Assembly (NCBI RefSeq): GCF_964204645.1
Contig: NC_134026.1
Span: 24,276,150-24,340,149 of the forward strand
Length of the DNA: 64,000 nucleotides
Source: Tubulanus polymorphus
Lineage: Eukaryota > Animalia > Nemertea
Direction of reading: 5' to 3'
Below are positions 39,912-52,819 of this stretch, piece after piece. Each line of letters begins with the position of its first letter. Position 1 is the stretch's first letter. The translations under genes were made by a program, and so were the position numbers. The notes under the pieces are model-generated. The model saw only the letters and a program-made list of their open reading frames with translations. It had not been told where the DNA came from and searched no databases.

Positions 39912-40778
39912 CTTATTATTTTTCTTACGAGACAATGAGCTAGGCGATAAGATCGTACCAGTAGTAGCGGCGGCGGATGTAATAACAGACGGCGCAGGTG
40001 CCGACGATGACCGGGCAGATACTGCGACCGACGTTATCGCCGTCGTACAGGTCGTCGTAACGACGGTCGACGCCACGGCGATAACCGTCGACATTGTTGT
40101 CACGGTGGCGCTAACACTAGCAGCAGAAGGCAACAATCCACAAGTTGACGATGACGACGGTGGTGGTGGTAGTGGCGGCGCGGGCGTCGAGTGCGGTTTC
40201 ACAAACGTCTGCGGCGTCGTCGAATTGTTCGCGTTCACTTCGCGTTTAAACTCTTTTAACTCCCCATTCGAACTTATATTCTTAATATCACTTGCAGCAT
40301 TCGGTTTCGCTTTGTTAACGTTATTATTCTTCACGTTATTTACAACGACGCTATTTTTACTGCTATTCTTATTACTGCCGACTATTCGCAGCGGCGGCGG
40401 CACAGAGCTATTCGGCGATATACTGGATATACTACCCAGATTTTGATTATTCCCTAAGTTTGTATTATCCATTGATTGTGATTGATGGTAGTGATGTTGT
40501 TGCTGGGTCTTTTTGCTCGGAAAATCCAGTGGAATCGCTGCCTGAGTTGTTGTCACAATAACGGGTGTCACAGCAGCAGTATTCGTGTCATTACATGTCA
40601 CTATAGGAGGCGTCGCAGTACTGGACTCAGTACTGGACACTACGCAGCTATTATCGAGAGTCGTCGATACAGTACTCCTCTTCTGATCCAATACTGAGTT
40701 GGTGGTTGCGGTAACTGATGCAGTAATTGTGCGGCTTCGGTTGTTGGTTGAGTTCTTCATCTGACTCGCGGAGAAATC
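39912..40778 (-). CDS. AUTS2: AUTS2-like coding exon 2 (289 aa, Ser/Thr/Asn/Pro-rich low complexity)
   Basis: Acceptor ttttttctctgttttcgtgtag|GAT; open frame DFSASQMKNS...SRKKNNK; donor AAG|GTAAGC. 867 nt, phase 0/0, in frame with exon 1. Confidence 0.85.
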
Positions 40779-43700
40779 CTACACGAAAACAGAGAAAAAA
40801 TACATTTATGAAAACTTGTTATAGGCACGAAGTTCGGTATTAAAATGCGTAACTATCAATCTACGCTAAATCCAGCAAGTTCGAAGAGGAACAATATCCA
40901 CAGCTGGAACTAAACAGAATCAATTATCCAGCAGCAAATATAAATTTAACTGAAATCGATAAGTTCATCAACACCAGAAGCAATCCATACAAAGCAGGTG
41001 AAGTGAATATGACGAATATTTTCACAGGGGGACAAAACTATCGAAGCTAAATGAACGTTGGAGAAAGCCTGCTTTGAACTCAGGTCATTAATATCAGCAA
41101 ACCATTCCGAAGTCGTAGCAATAATGGTTGTGATTTTATGCAGCATCATTGTAGCAGAGAGATGCATGGTCCAAACAAATGTGTATAGCCTACATGAAGG
41201 ATAGGATTACTCATCTACCAATCAATATTAAGCCTTTTATCCTCTGTGACAAAAGGCCTTAAAATTCATACTTTGTCAGCATTAGCACATTTGTAAACTT
41301 CCCGATTAACCCTGAAAACCATTCTTAACTTCTCTTATGGAATAACTTAATATTATTGCTCCTTTTCGTGAAGTGATTTAGAATCAACCTTTAGCCTATC
41401 AAAACTTCAAAATCAAAACGATCTTGTCAAAGTCATAAATTGAAAAATTATCAATACTTCTTTTATCAAATCATTCGATATATATGCCTAAGCCAATAGA
41501 AGCCAATAGATTAAGTGGTCATATCAGGTTGCTTAGTTCAAAACACAGCCCAGCTAAAATTACCAACAATACACTAAATGTTTCATGTTCATTATTACGA
41601 AATCAGCTTTTGTGTCAATATAACTTCATGGCATTCATTTACGAGTAAAATGTACTATGTAGGCACCTGCTACGTCAATTGAGATTGCATTTATATAAAT
41701 ATATCCATACACAAAGAGAAAAACTAGACAATTTATTCTCTTAGAAAGAAAACCATTCTTGAAGGTGTGGAGATTATAGTACAAAACACCTACACACATA
41801 ACATTAGTGAAAAGTGACCTGTGGCCCGCTTTACAAAACGACTTGACATGTCATCTAAGTATCATCTATGTGTTGCCTAAATGCAAATTTTTTAAATTTT
41901 AAAATATGGATTGACCCTGTTAATCATTTGATTGGTAGATTTGATTTGATTTGTTTTGATTCGGTGTCCCTTACAAACCAACCACACACACCTACCGGGA
42001 GCAAAACAGGGGGGTTTGATTTTAAAATCGGAAATACAAGTACAGATATAGATGTAGGCCTATAATTGGCGATCAAATTTACGGAAATTTTTGTTTAAAT
42101 TGAGGTACAAAATTGGAAATATCGGTTCCAGTTCATTCAAACGAAACACGAATCCCATGATAAATATTTTAGTGTCTCTGAAATGGTCCCGTATAGGCCT
42201 ACTTTAAGTTGTAGGTATTAGTCAATGAATTAGATTTGTATAAGAAAAGTTGAATCTCAGACAATTATAAGCTATCATCACTAGCTTATGAAGATCTAGC
42301 CTCAACTATAAAAAAAAAAACCATAAGTATAGAAATCCTATAAATTTCATTCACAATTCCAATGACTATCAATTTAAATTTCACGAATTGAAATTCAGGC
42401 TTAACTTCATACTATTTATAGACATAGAAAAGTTGAAGACGATATTAATGAGTTTCAATTGATATGTGCATCACTTATTATAACGTCTTCAGATCTCAAA
42501 ATATTAAGACTTTAGGGGCAGATTTGGCATATTGTCGTCTTGCGTGCATGCAATGACAGGCATTATAACCCTCACAATCCTTATCGGCTCTTCAGAGTTA
42601 TTGTCAAATAACAGCCAATTTCCATGTGAATGATTCATGCTCTCAGGGCCTATATTAGAGCAGCTCGTGCAGCCATCATCCGAGCAGATAGGATATGAAT
42701 TTTAGAGTTAAAACCTACTACATAACCAATTTCAAAATAGCCATTATGTAAACACTTTTAATTCATTGGCAAATGGCTTCTATAATTTCATCAGCATTAT
42801 TTGTATATACAATCTACTCTTATTCGGTAGCTTTGGGACGATGAATATTTCACCGAGTTAACCAGACACACTGAATTGAAAATAAGTGTTTAGTCTGATA
42901 CATTTTCATAAAATTCACTGACTTTTACAGTCAATAATAAGTCAATAAACAAGAAAATCTATCATCCATAGAGATACACACAAGAGGGAGACAATAGAAT
43001 AGGGATACAAACCAAAAAGGCAAATATTTTGCATCATGAATAATATGCTATAAATTTTACTAAATTCTAGACAAGGATCTACTTGGCTGTGTTATTGAAA
43101 CACTCAAATTAACTTCATTACATTTCATAGTTTTTATCAGATTCCTTCATATTAATGATTACTATCAATCTAGGGCTCTTTAAATACTCAACTTCTAGAG
43201 TAAAAACAAGCAGACATAACATAGAAAGTAACTCCACTTCAAATTGGTTTATGTGCTCACAGAATAACAAAGGTTTACAGAACCTGGCTGGAATCAAATG
43301 ATGAATGCACATAAATGTAACACCTGGTTTATTATTACTCTGAACAACATGGTGTCAAGTTAGCAAATAATGAACCACTTTGTTGTAACATCAGCAAATA
43401 TACCCGATTGAGAATTAGGGAAATATCATGACCATGACCATATCCTAAATTGAGGAATTGTCCAGACCTGGTGCATTTGAGTTAAGTCTAGAATCAGAAT
43501 GTAATATCTTATCCATAACTTTCTTGACAATCTTTATTGTGGATTTCATCAAGATTAGCAATATAACAGCAATAAAAAATTCTTAAATAAAACATCAAAT
43601 TCGTCGCTCCTTTTTCAATTTCTAAAAAAAAGTTTTTTTTTTGCAATTTAAACATCGTCTCCAAGAATATTTTATGAGGCAAAACGTTCAATAATCAATG

Positions 43701-44326
43701 AATTATGTGCCAAAAAATACAAGACTGGGCCTAAGCTTAAAATGGGAATATTACGCCAAATATTTGTGGGCTAATAATTACTAAATTTCTGGTAAATTAA
43801 TGAAAAGATTTTCTTAAAACTTATAGAAAGCTATCAGAGTTATCAGTGATTGGTTATAAAGGCCTAATGATAATATTATTTTATAGGGGGCCTAATCATT
43901 TGAAATAGCACACTGAATTCCATTTTCCTGCAAAGCATTTTGTTACAAATGTATACATATTTCATACAATATAACACAACAAAGAACTAATGTATATCAA
44001 AGTATAAGGAGTCTTCATACAAAAGCAAAACATGTAATATGACTAATGAATCTGATCATAAGACTGTTGTGCATGGCAAATGACTCCTGCACGTAGACAT
44101 TGCAGATTGCTGCAATTAAAAATTCATCAATTGCCTACACAGTTGTCGAAGACAAATTTCATTACATACTAGGCTAAACAGCAATACTTAATATATATTT
44201 CAAATAATGAATTCAATATGAAAATCAAATCATAAATGTTAGCTAATAAATTAACAATAATGCATCATTTACAGGGCAGATGTTGATTTTCCTGTGGATA
44301 CGGTCCCTCAAATATAAATAGCTCAC

Positions 44327-44578
44327 CTCGAGATCTTCCAAGCTTCTGAAACTGACTATGGCAAATCCATCAATTATATCTTCCTCCACAGATTCTGTGC
44401 TCTCAGTCGAGCTATCCCTTTTCACTTCAGCCTTTTTAGGCTTATCTTTGCAAGCCCTAGGAGGCGAATCCTCGCCCTCATCGTCGCTAGAAACCACATG
44501 ATTTTGTTTTTCCTTGTGGGATTTATTACGATCTCTACGTCGTGGGCGAGGGTTTCGAGCTTTCCCTACACTTTCCAT
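44327..44578 (-). CDS. AUTS2: AUTS2/FBRSL1/tay-family protein, coding exon 1 (84 aa, MESVGKARNPRPRRRDR...[20 protein letters not shown])
   Basis: [20 protein letters not shown] matches the family N-terminal signature (human AUTS2 [20 protein letters not shown], recalled). ATG at 44578, donor GAG|GTGAGC, 252 nt, phase 0. Confidence 0.9.
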
Positions 44579-44619
44579 GACGATTCTGGCGAGATCTGCC
44601 ACTGGATCGCTTAGAAAAT

Positions 44620-45601
44620 CACCTCATCTGGAACCTTAGACGTTAAACTATTACACAAAATACAAAAATCACGGTTATAATCCACACAGCGGCTGGAATC
44701 CGGCTAATAATTTAGATATCCTAAAAGCTGAATCCCTTTGATTGTTCGAATGGCGGAAAATACAATATGGCCGAACAGCCAGCTGAATACCGTTCTTCCG
44801 TTCTCTGATCTATAGTGCCCTCTATCATGATGGTGAGGACTCGCTTAATTCTTTAGAGTGGATTCGTCAGATAACGAGATTTTTCTAAAAGGATTTGAAT
44901 ATTGAAATGTAAACATATCACATGATAAAAGCATAAGTTTTGAGTGACGATTTAAAAGAATTTTTGATTAAAAAACATTTGAGGGGTCGCCTAAGGCGGA
45001 TCAATTCTGAGATTCATAGATTATCATTTTACTATTATTTTAGATACCGGTCGATAATCATTCATGGATCTACTAATTAGACGATTAAACTGAATTTGCT
45101 TTTTTCTTGAAATTTCAAATCATTTTAGAGAAAAATATAATTGATATCCCAGAAAAAATCTAGGCGGCGCCTGTCAATAATTAAAGGTGTTGAAATAAAT
45201 TTGTAGAACTTTGAATAAGTACATTTGGACAAAATCAGTCTGCCGGTTTGCTCGAATGAAAGTGTTCCTAAAAAATGTTCCTTGGTCGTTCAATAAACAT
45301 GCAAATATATCGTTTGCTATGAACACATTTATCTATTATCTCTTTTATACAACATACATGTATCGGGTCCGGGCAACAATCTATAAATTTAAGAATTGGT
45401 CGAGTCCTAACAAGGAAGGTCGTTCGTAGTGCGAGCTGCTGAAGCACTTACTGCGGCAAGTAGATCTCATCGCGATCGCACCCGGTGAAGGTCATGTGTC
45501 ATAGCTTGCCGCCATTTTGTAAATGAAAATACAATTTTTGCGTAAAAAAGACCATTTTCTCATTGAATTCTGAGCTGTGTTAGTTTATTTCACTCTGATC
45601 G
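44620..45601. promoter_or_regulatory. Bidirectional promoter shared by the AUTS2-like and MYO18-like genes
   Basis: Divergent first exons. YY1-like CCGCCATT/CGGCCATATT on the minus strand (44749-44773) and GCCGCCATTTTG on the plus strand (45508-45519). CTCF-like TAGTGCCCTCTATCA at 44813-44827. Confidence 0.7.
45480..45601 (+). other. MYO18A: Probable non-coding first exon of MYO18A-like gene (start approximate)
   Basis: Contains the YY1-like motif and ends at donor TCG|GTAAGT. Next strong acceptor is tttttccattgcag|47520. Confidence 0.6.
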
Positions 45602-47521
45602 GTAAGTGTACTTATGTAGTAATGCCATGTGTATGAACCCAGGGTTATATTGGTGAGAGAGAGTGTGTAAACTCGGAGTTAATTAGGCGTTAGTGGAGAT
45701 CCGAAACGCGGAAGTGAGAATTTTGTCTGTGTGTGGTGGTGGATGGAGTCTGATGATGGTGTATTGCCATTTGTTCAAGTTCAAGTTAGCTACGTTGCAG
45801 GGCCAATATTTGGCACCTAGGGTAACGAAATGAAGGGTTGGTTAAAAGTGCAGATCCGCACCTCTTCACATAAACGGTTCAATCAATTACATGAAATATC
45901 ATTGTTTCAGATTCAAAATGTCATCAGCAATTCAGTACATTGCCATTGGCTAATTTTAAGACATCTTCCCTAGAGAGAGTAGAAAGATTTTAGCCTGGAT
46001 TCTGTCATTCAGCAGATTGCGTCAATCACGAGAGGTGCGGATCTGCACTTTTACCGTTACCGAAGGGTTGTTTTGTCATGTAGGCCTACTGTATGTAGTA
46101 GTCGAACAAAGCGCTCGCTTCATTTGCTCATATGACATAAAAAAATCAACAAACTTGAGGGTGACTCCATCAGGCCTTAAACATTCATTTGTAATCTCTT
46201 CATTCATAGTTTTATTTTTTAATTGACATGTGAATTGATCAGATATGAGGTACCTTAGGCTTTTTTGAGTTTTTTTGTTGAGTACGTCTAGTAGGTCCTA
46301 ATAAATGTAACCCCCTTCACCTTATTTGGATTCACCCCCTTCACCTTAGTTGGATTATTATTATAAACCAAGTTTTTGGGCTTATTTATACGTACATGTA
46401 TTTTTACATGGAAATGTTAGATAGGACTGAATTAGGACATTTTGATGGAAGAATTTAATAGGTCTACTACTGTAGGCCTAGTTAAACTCAGTTCCTGTGA
46501 AATGTGTTCAGTTGAACAAAGCTAGGTAGAGAGCTTATAAAAGGCTGTAAACTGTTAAAGTGGGATGAGTGGAGTATAACATGTTTTATCACCAGCGTAA
46601 AAGATCCTTCAATATAACAGAATAATCGATGAGAGATACATGTTAAATACACGTTAGGTATGGAATGTTAAACAATAACGCATGGTGAAAGTATATGTGT
46701 ACAGTGGTGGCTATCTATATCAGTATATCATCTATCGAAACAGTTATCAGATACTAGAAATTAACTTCATTGTCCATTCCTTCCAAAAAATGGGAGCTGA
46801 CTGAATCATGTATATACAGGGTAAAGAGGAGTAGCCCACATGGGATCTAGTTAATTACCGGTTTTTATCAGTCTGAAAGAAAAAAACCAGTTGACTTATG
46901 TTCACAGCGTTCATTTGTCACAATCTTGTTAGTCGGTATAGTTGAGTGTACAATGATTTGTCTGTGTCGGTTTTTGCAAAAGGAAATGATTCATGCTTGA
47001 TTGCATGTACTGCGCTAGTTGTATGAACTCTTAAACTCAAAGAAAGGCTTCATATAAACTGAGGACACTTGTAATCCGCGGGGACTAATAGCAGTGTCAA
47101 TTTGAATATTACAAATATTCTATTCAGAGTTATTATTTCATATGGCTGTGTCGATCTGTAAGTAAATCTAATCTTGGGCTATGACTTAAATGTTGGATGT
47201 TTATTTGTGTTTGATTATGAACTGTTAGATAACTCTGATCACTGCTAGTTCTATAACATAGCGTGGTATACATACATGGCAGAGATTATGATTAGTAGCG
47301 ATGTTTTTAGGTCACTTATTTATGTAAAAAAAGAGGCCTATGTCATGAGTTTGTATAGTGAAAATTAACGAAGTAAATATCCACTTTGTTTGCTAGTTTC
47401 AGATGCATAGCTTTATCTACTGCGATTCACCATGAATCAGATGCTTCGGAAGTACGATAACGCTCAATCGTGTTCGATCCATTGTGATACGCTTTTTACC
47501 GGTACTTTTTCCATTGCAGGA

Positions 47522-47599
47522 ATGGTGAGAACACTTCATCGCGTTAACTTTATGTTTGGTACAGTCGCAGCGAGTTCAAATTACCATAAGGCATCATGA
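47522..47599 (+). other. 25-codon uORF whose TGA overlaps the MYO18A start codon (ATGA)
   Basis: ATG at 47522 gives MVRTLHRVNFMFGTVAASSNYHKAS*; stop at 47597-47599, main ATG at 47596-47598. Confidence 0.6.
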
Positions 47600-48711
47600 T
47601 TAACTTTTTCAAAAAGGACAAAGAAGAACGCGAACGCAAAAAGAAGGAGAAAAAGGATCGTAAGGAAAAAGAGAAACAAAACCCGTTGACACACGAAGAG
47701 CTTGAACGCCTCGACGAGGCCAAGAAAGGTCTTTTCGGTCGGCGGTGGTCATTCGGCGAGAAGGATAAACATAAACAGCGTAAAGGTAGTGACGGCATGA
47801 TGCAGAGTGATAGTGAATCAAGTTTAGCTTCGTTGAGTAGTCGGGCTAGTAGTAGTAAAGATGTCGAAATTTCGACTCCTGTTTACGACACGCCACCTCC
47901 ACCGGCGCATACAACATCGGTGGAAATACAACTCAACAATAATCAACCGAAAAAATCAGAAAGTCACAACAAACGCTTATCCTCGAAACCTAAAAAGGGA
48001 ATTCTGAAAGGGAAGTCGAGCTACGGACCAGCGATACCGAATCAGGGGGTCGTAGGCAATGTCGACGATGTTGAGAATTTACAGATGATAACGCTAGTGA
48101 ACGAAGTACTATCCGGTGACCGCGTCGATAGTAAAGACATGAAACTCGGACAGAAATTAAGTTCGAAAGAACGAGACGCCGTGATTCGTTTGGGTCAGGA
48201 AGCTAAATTCCTAATCGAGAAACCGGCTCATGAGATGGTGACGGGGAAAACGTTTAACTGCGAGTTGAAGTTGCCAGCAGTTGAGCAAGTGCGTACTTTG
48301 CGCGCTAGAGATATGGTTCTCAGTCGCCAGCCGGCTGGAGATTTCGGATTTAGCTTAAGAAGAGGAACGATGCTAGATCGTTGTGCGGCCAACGCACTAG
48401 AGCGCAAGCGTATGGTCGTGTTCGCCGAGCCAGGTAGCGGCCCAAAATGCGTGCAGACGGAACTGTTGCCGGGCGATAGATTGATCGAGATTAACGGTAT
48501 TAACGTCGAAAACAATACACGTGAAGAAATCATCGAGTTGATTAAACGTTCAGGGGATGATGTTCGCTTGAAGGTTCAACCGATTCCCGAGTTGTGTGAG
48601 CTGAGTATGAGGTCGCTCGGTGTCGGTGGCGGTCATGTTCTACTCGACGATGAGAATGTGAAAACCGGCAGTCTTAGACGTAGTGGAAGTATCAAGTATA
48701 AGAAAAAAGAG
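47596..48711 (+). CDS. MYO18A: Myosin-XVIIIa first coding exon: KE-rich N-terminus, extension and PDZ domain (372 aa)
   Basis: MINFFKKDKEERERKKKEKK..., THEELERLDEAKKGLF, PKKGILK, PDZ (RQPAGDFGFSLRR...LLPGDRLIEING...VQPIPELCELS). Donor GAG|GTTAGT, phase 0. Confidence 0.95.
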
Positions 48712-50223
48712 GTTAGTAATTATTAGTTTTCCGTAAGTTAATGAATGCACGCGTTTCATTGTTACAGAGAAAATGAAATGAGAGATAAAGTTTTATTGCA
48801 TTTATTCGGGCTTAAACTTGACATATTTGAAACACGAATTGACAGGTAACAAGTCTAGATTCCTCGTGAAGAAGAGGTTTCTGTTCGCTGTATCTTCTTA
48901 AGATATTCACTCGGGACATCATCAGCTTCTCGGAATGATCTTTTCAAATGTGACATGACTGGGTGTATGACTAACAATAAACGCGCTTTGTCCACGGCGT
49001 GTGGCTCCGTGTTCACCCGATTCAATGCACGAATTGTCAAAGCATTCTCGCGATTTCTATACATAATGGGTTCAGATTTTCATAAAGCCCGTTCGGCTTA
49101 CGACGGTGACGTTGTTTCCGTACACCTTGGCCAGCCGAAATGCAATGCTTGGATGATGAAATATGCCGAGAAAATCAACACCGTGTTTTTGACATGGACT
49201 ATGAAAGTGAGCCACGATGATGGTCGGGTGAGTTATACATTCTCGTAGACGATGTGTCATTGTCGGTGCTTGAAAATTGGATGCTGTGCGTCTGTGGCAC
49301 TTCGGTTTTGGCGAGGTACTGTCATGCGGTGAATGGATTTATTCTGGGAATGATGGTGTACTGTTACTGTAAAAATATTAGATCGTTTGAAGTCCTTCTG
49401 CAGAAGTTGATTTTTAATTGGTTTAAACTGGTATGTGTGGGTAGCAAAATTGTCGGTAACAACCTTAGGAAATACTTGTATAAGTTTTTTCCTTCTTTCC
49501 AATTCACTTCGGACTGAGACCTAATTCAGGATGGTGTTCAATGATTCTCTGAATTTGTAGTGATAACGTTGGCGTTATCGTATAAAGGTTGATGATTTAT
49601 TAGGCTTACATTTTATTTTTACAGGACTCACAAACATTTACTAGATTGTTGTACGTGCTTTATGCATAGGTATTTTAATAACCACCTCAAATATTTGATA
49701 TGACATTCATTCGGTCATTATGCCGTGACCTGAACTGAAGGACCTTCAAGAAGTCTTGTCATTGCCCTATATACCCTATATGCATATGAATTGAGGTATT
49801 TGTCAATTGCTGAATTAAACCAAATATATGTGACATTTTTTTTAATAGATTTTATTTCAGTAAATTGTCACCAAAAGTATGCAACAGCCACACAATTATT
49901 CTACGGCTCTGAAATAATATTTGTGGTTTGTTAGGATTGACATACTTATAATGGGATTTTTTTTGGGGGTTTGTGAGAGTTATCAGTATTTTCCAGTTAT
50001 TCCGAACTATATTTGTATTAAAATTAATACCGGTAATCGTAAATGTTATTCAAAATTGTCACTATGTTCAGAGCTCTGAACGTCGATAATAGAAATGGTT
50101 GCGCTTGCAATTAGCTTCACCATCTGTTTAGAAATGCTTTCCATGAATATGATACATTATATTTTTAACGAGCCCAAAGGCTAAACAATCATCAATGACA
50201 TCGCATCGTCAGTGACGGTTATT

Positions 50224-50388
50224 ATGGAGAAATTCAAATTTTTCCTGAGAAACACTTTGCCGCGTAGATTGTCGACTGGATCTCCGATTGAAAATTGTCC
50301 GCGAAAATTTTCACTGGATTCAATGGGGGATAATAATCTTACGTGGGATTTCAGCGATTTTAAACAGGAATTTCAAGTCAATAGTGAG
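50224..50388 (+). CDS. Candidate alternative first coding exon (55 aa) for a PDZ-less myosin-18 isoform
   Basis: attATGG start; MEKFKFFLRNTLPRRLSTGS...FQVNSE; donor GAG|GTAGGC in phase 0, compatible with exon 51377. Confidence 0.5.
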
Positions 50389-50458
50389 GTAGGCCCTATC
50401 TATCTTGAGGGCAATGAGATTTTGGATGATTTTCAATCCTTGGTGTATGAACTTAAGT

Positions 50459-50803
50459 GAGGGTGACAGTGATTCTGGGGAACCAGGAAAACACAGGGAA
50501 CTAATCTGGAAAACCGGGGAATGCTGTTTATTTTGCCCGTGCATTTTCTGTACGAAGTGTATATTATGGTTTCATACCTGTCATCAGAACTTAACGACTT
50601 TACTATCTTTATTTCATGTGGTAAATTTTGAAATTCCTTTAAAAATACATTGGCTGAAAGTCGTAATTTTTACTGCTGGCATCTGTCAAGAAATAACTCT
50701 CTGGTCTTTCATACTGCCATTCATCAGAACACAGGGGAAAGATAACTGCTTTCGCCCGGAAAACACCAGGGAATTTGGAAATGGATGGATTGTGGTCACT
50801 ATG
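50459..50803. mobile_element. CAGGGT-type MITE-like remnant
   Basis: GAGGGTGAC ... GTGGTCACTATG imperfect inverted ends; repeated ACACAGGGAA/CAGGGAAT motifs. Confidence 0.45.
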
Positions 50804-51376
50804 TTCAAACTGCATTTTATCGTGAAATGACTATTCCAATATTTCATGAATGTGTATTAGAATTCATCCACGAAGCTGTTCGTATCGGGATCAATTTTTA
50901 TCATGTGTTTTACATTCTGTATTGGCATATGGCAACGATTAATCGTGTTGTTTTCTCCTCAAAGACATTGATTATACACGATGCTTATTTCGCTAAACTA
51001 ACCACTTGCTCGCTACTTTTTTACCGTCGTCGGTCTAATCTTCCTCGATATTCAGCACTTGATGTCTGCTTAGGTTTTCTTCAGCGATCTTATAAAGGAA
51101 GGTTCATCGCTCGGTAGAAAAATGTCAAGTTCTTGCCATGTATGGATAGACGTAATATCGGATTACCATATGCAGTTATCAGTATTTCACTTCATTTTTT
51201 TTCAGGGAAAACAAATCAATTATTGGAATGTGTCATCTGCACGTTTGATATTTACGCCAGTGGCAAAATATGCAGTTGACTGCGACTTTAATGTTTTTCT
51301 CGATTTCTTCAATTTATTCATTTTCGACAATCTGTAAAAATGAAGTGATGCTTAAACCAATTGATGCTCGTTTCAG

Positions 51377-51577
51377 GCCAAGACGGATGATCAGTTAGCT
51401 CATGAAAAAGATTGGCTGGAAGTTGAACGTATTTGGTTGGCGCATAAAGATGGATATACCGCTGCTCATCTGCTCAAATCTGCTGATGAAGACGCTACCT
51501 TACCGGAGGGTAAAGCCAAAGTTAAACTGGCATCGAGTGGTGAAATTATTGAAGTTGATGAAGATGCAGTTGAAAAG
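51377..51577 (+). CDS. MYO18A: MYO18A exon, N-terminal SH3-like region (AKTDDQLAHEKDWLEVERIWLAHKDGY...EVDEDAVEK)
   Basis: tttcag| ... AAG|GTACAT; 201 nt, phase 0/0. Confidence 0.93.
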
Positions 51578-52642
51578 GTACATCTAAAAATTGTTATGGT
51601 ATTATTCCTCATTCCCTTCAGTCCACAAGAGTGTAATAATTAGTTGACAGGTGTTTGTTGTCGAAGCGACTAGTGTAATATTCGTGTCACAGCTGTCCCA
51701 TTAATTTATTAGTAATTTCGCTGTGTGCATGAACAAAAAAGGTATTTTCATCCGAGTTCCGAGAAATTTTTCGACAAAATAACGAGTGATTTGCCTTTAT
51801 ACCCGGTTGATTGAAGCAGTTTTTTGTTTAGAGATACTGTAGAATTGCCTTCTATAATGAATGAAAAATTCATGACATGATATGATAATCTGTTTATCTA
51901 ATAGTGCAGGCATATTATATTTCTATGTCAACTGACACTCACAATTTGAAGCTTGATGGGATTGTTTTTTATAAATTTTCAGTTGCAGATTAGTCTAGTT
52001 GACATACTCTCTTCCTGTATAGATAAATATCATATACATGCGTAATGCATTATGAAATAGTACTCCTTATATGTGGGTTGTAGTTCATTGTGTTAGCTTT
52101 TGAGTCCTCTCCAGCTAAACGATATAATGACACAGTCCCTGGGTCATTATTGAAAGATGGTGACACACTGGTGAATATGTCGGATCGATAATTGCAGGCT
52201 AGCACTAACAATAAGTGTGTAATTATTGCCTGATTGCAGTGCTGTATGTAGTGAAGTTTGCAGCACGGTCGGCCTATCCTTGGATTGATCGAATCATCCG
52301 TAATCGCTCAATTTTGGGAATAGAATTCTATCAGATTTTTATTGAATAATTAATTGATTTACAGTAGAAAAATATGAATACATGTACACACCATATTCAT
52401 AGCCTATATGCGTTCTTGAAATTCTGATTATGTCTCGGTAAACATTTATTCTTTTGACTAAAACTTTTATGAACTTTTAATCTAGTACTCATTGTATGTT
52501 CTATTTATCTAGACCAAATTTAAACATATTTTGTTAGCTGTGAATTTTGGATTGGAGACATAATGAATACCTGCTATTTGATGATTAGTTTTCTTTCATC
52601 TTTCTATTCTACTGATTAATGTCAATAATTTTCTGCTTGCAG

Positions 52643-52819
52643 TGTAACCCACCACAATTCGATCGCACCGAAGACTTAGCAGCGCTGCGGTATTTAAATG
52701 AGTCGTCAATGTTGCATACCATTCGTCAACGCTATGGCAACAATCTTATCCACACGTATGCCGGTCCATCCATGCTTATCGTTAATCCTATGCATCCCAT
52801 GTCCATATACTCCGAAAAG
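52643..52819 (+). CDS. MYO18A: MYO18A exon, start of motor domain ([22 protein letters not shown]...IYSEK)
   Basis: ttgcag| ... AAG|GTAAGC; 177 nt, phase 0/0; myosin EDL..L.YLNE motif. Confidence 0.95.

Noticed and set aside
39904-40446. 180-aa plus-strand hydrophobic ORF
   Set aside because: Antisense shadow of the low-complexity AUTS2 exon 2; no splice or homology support.
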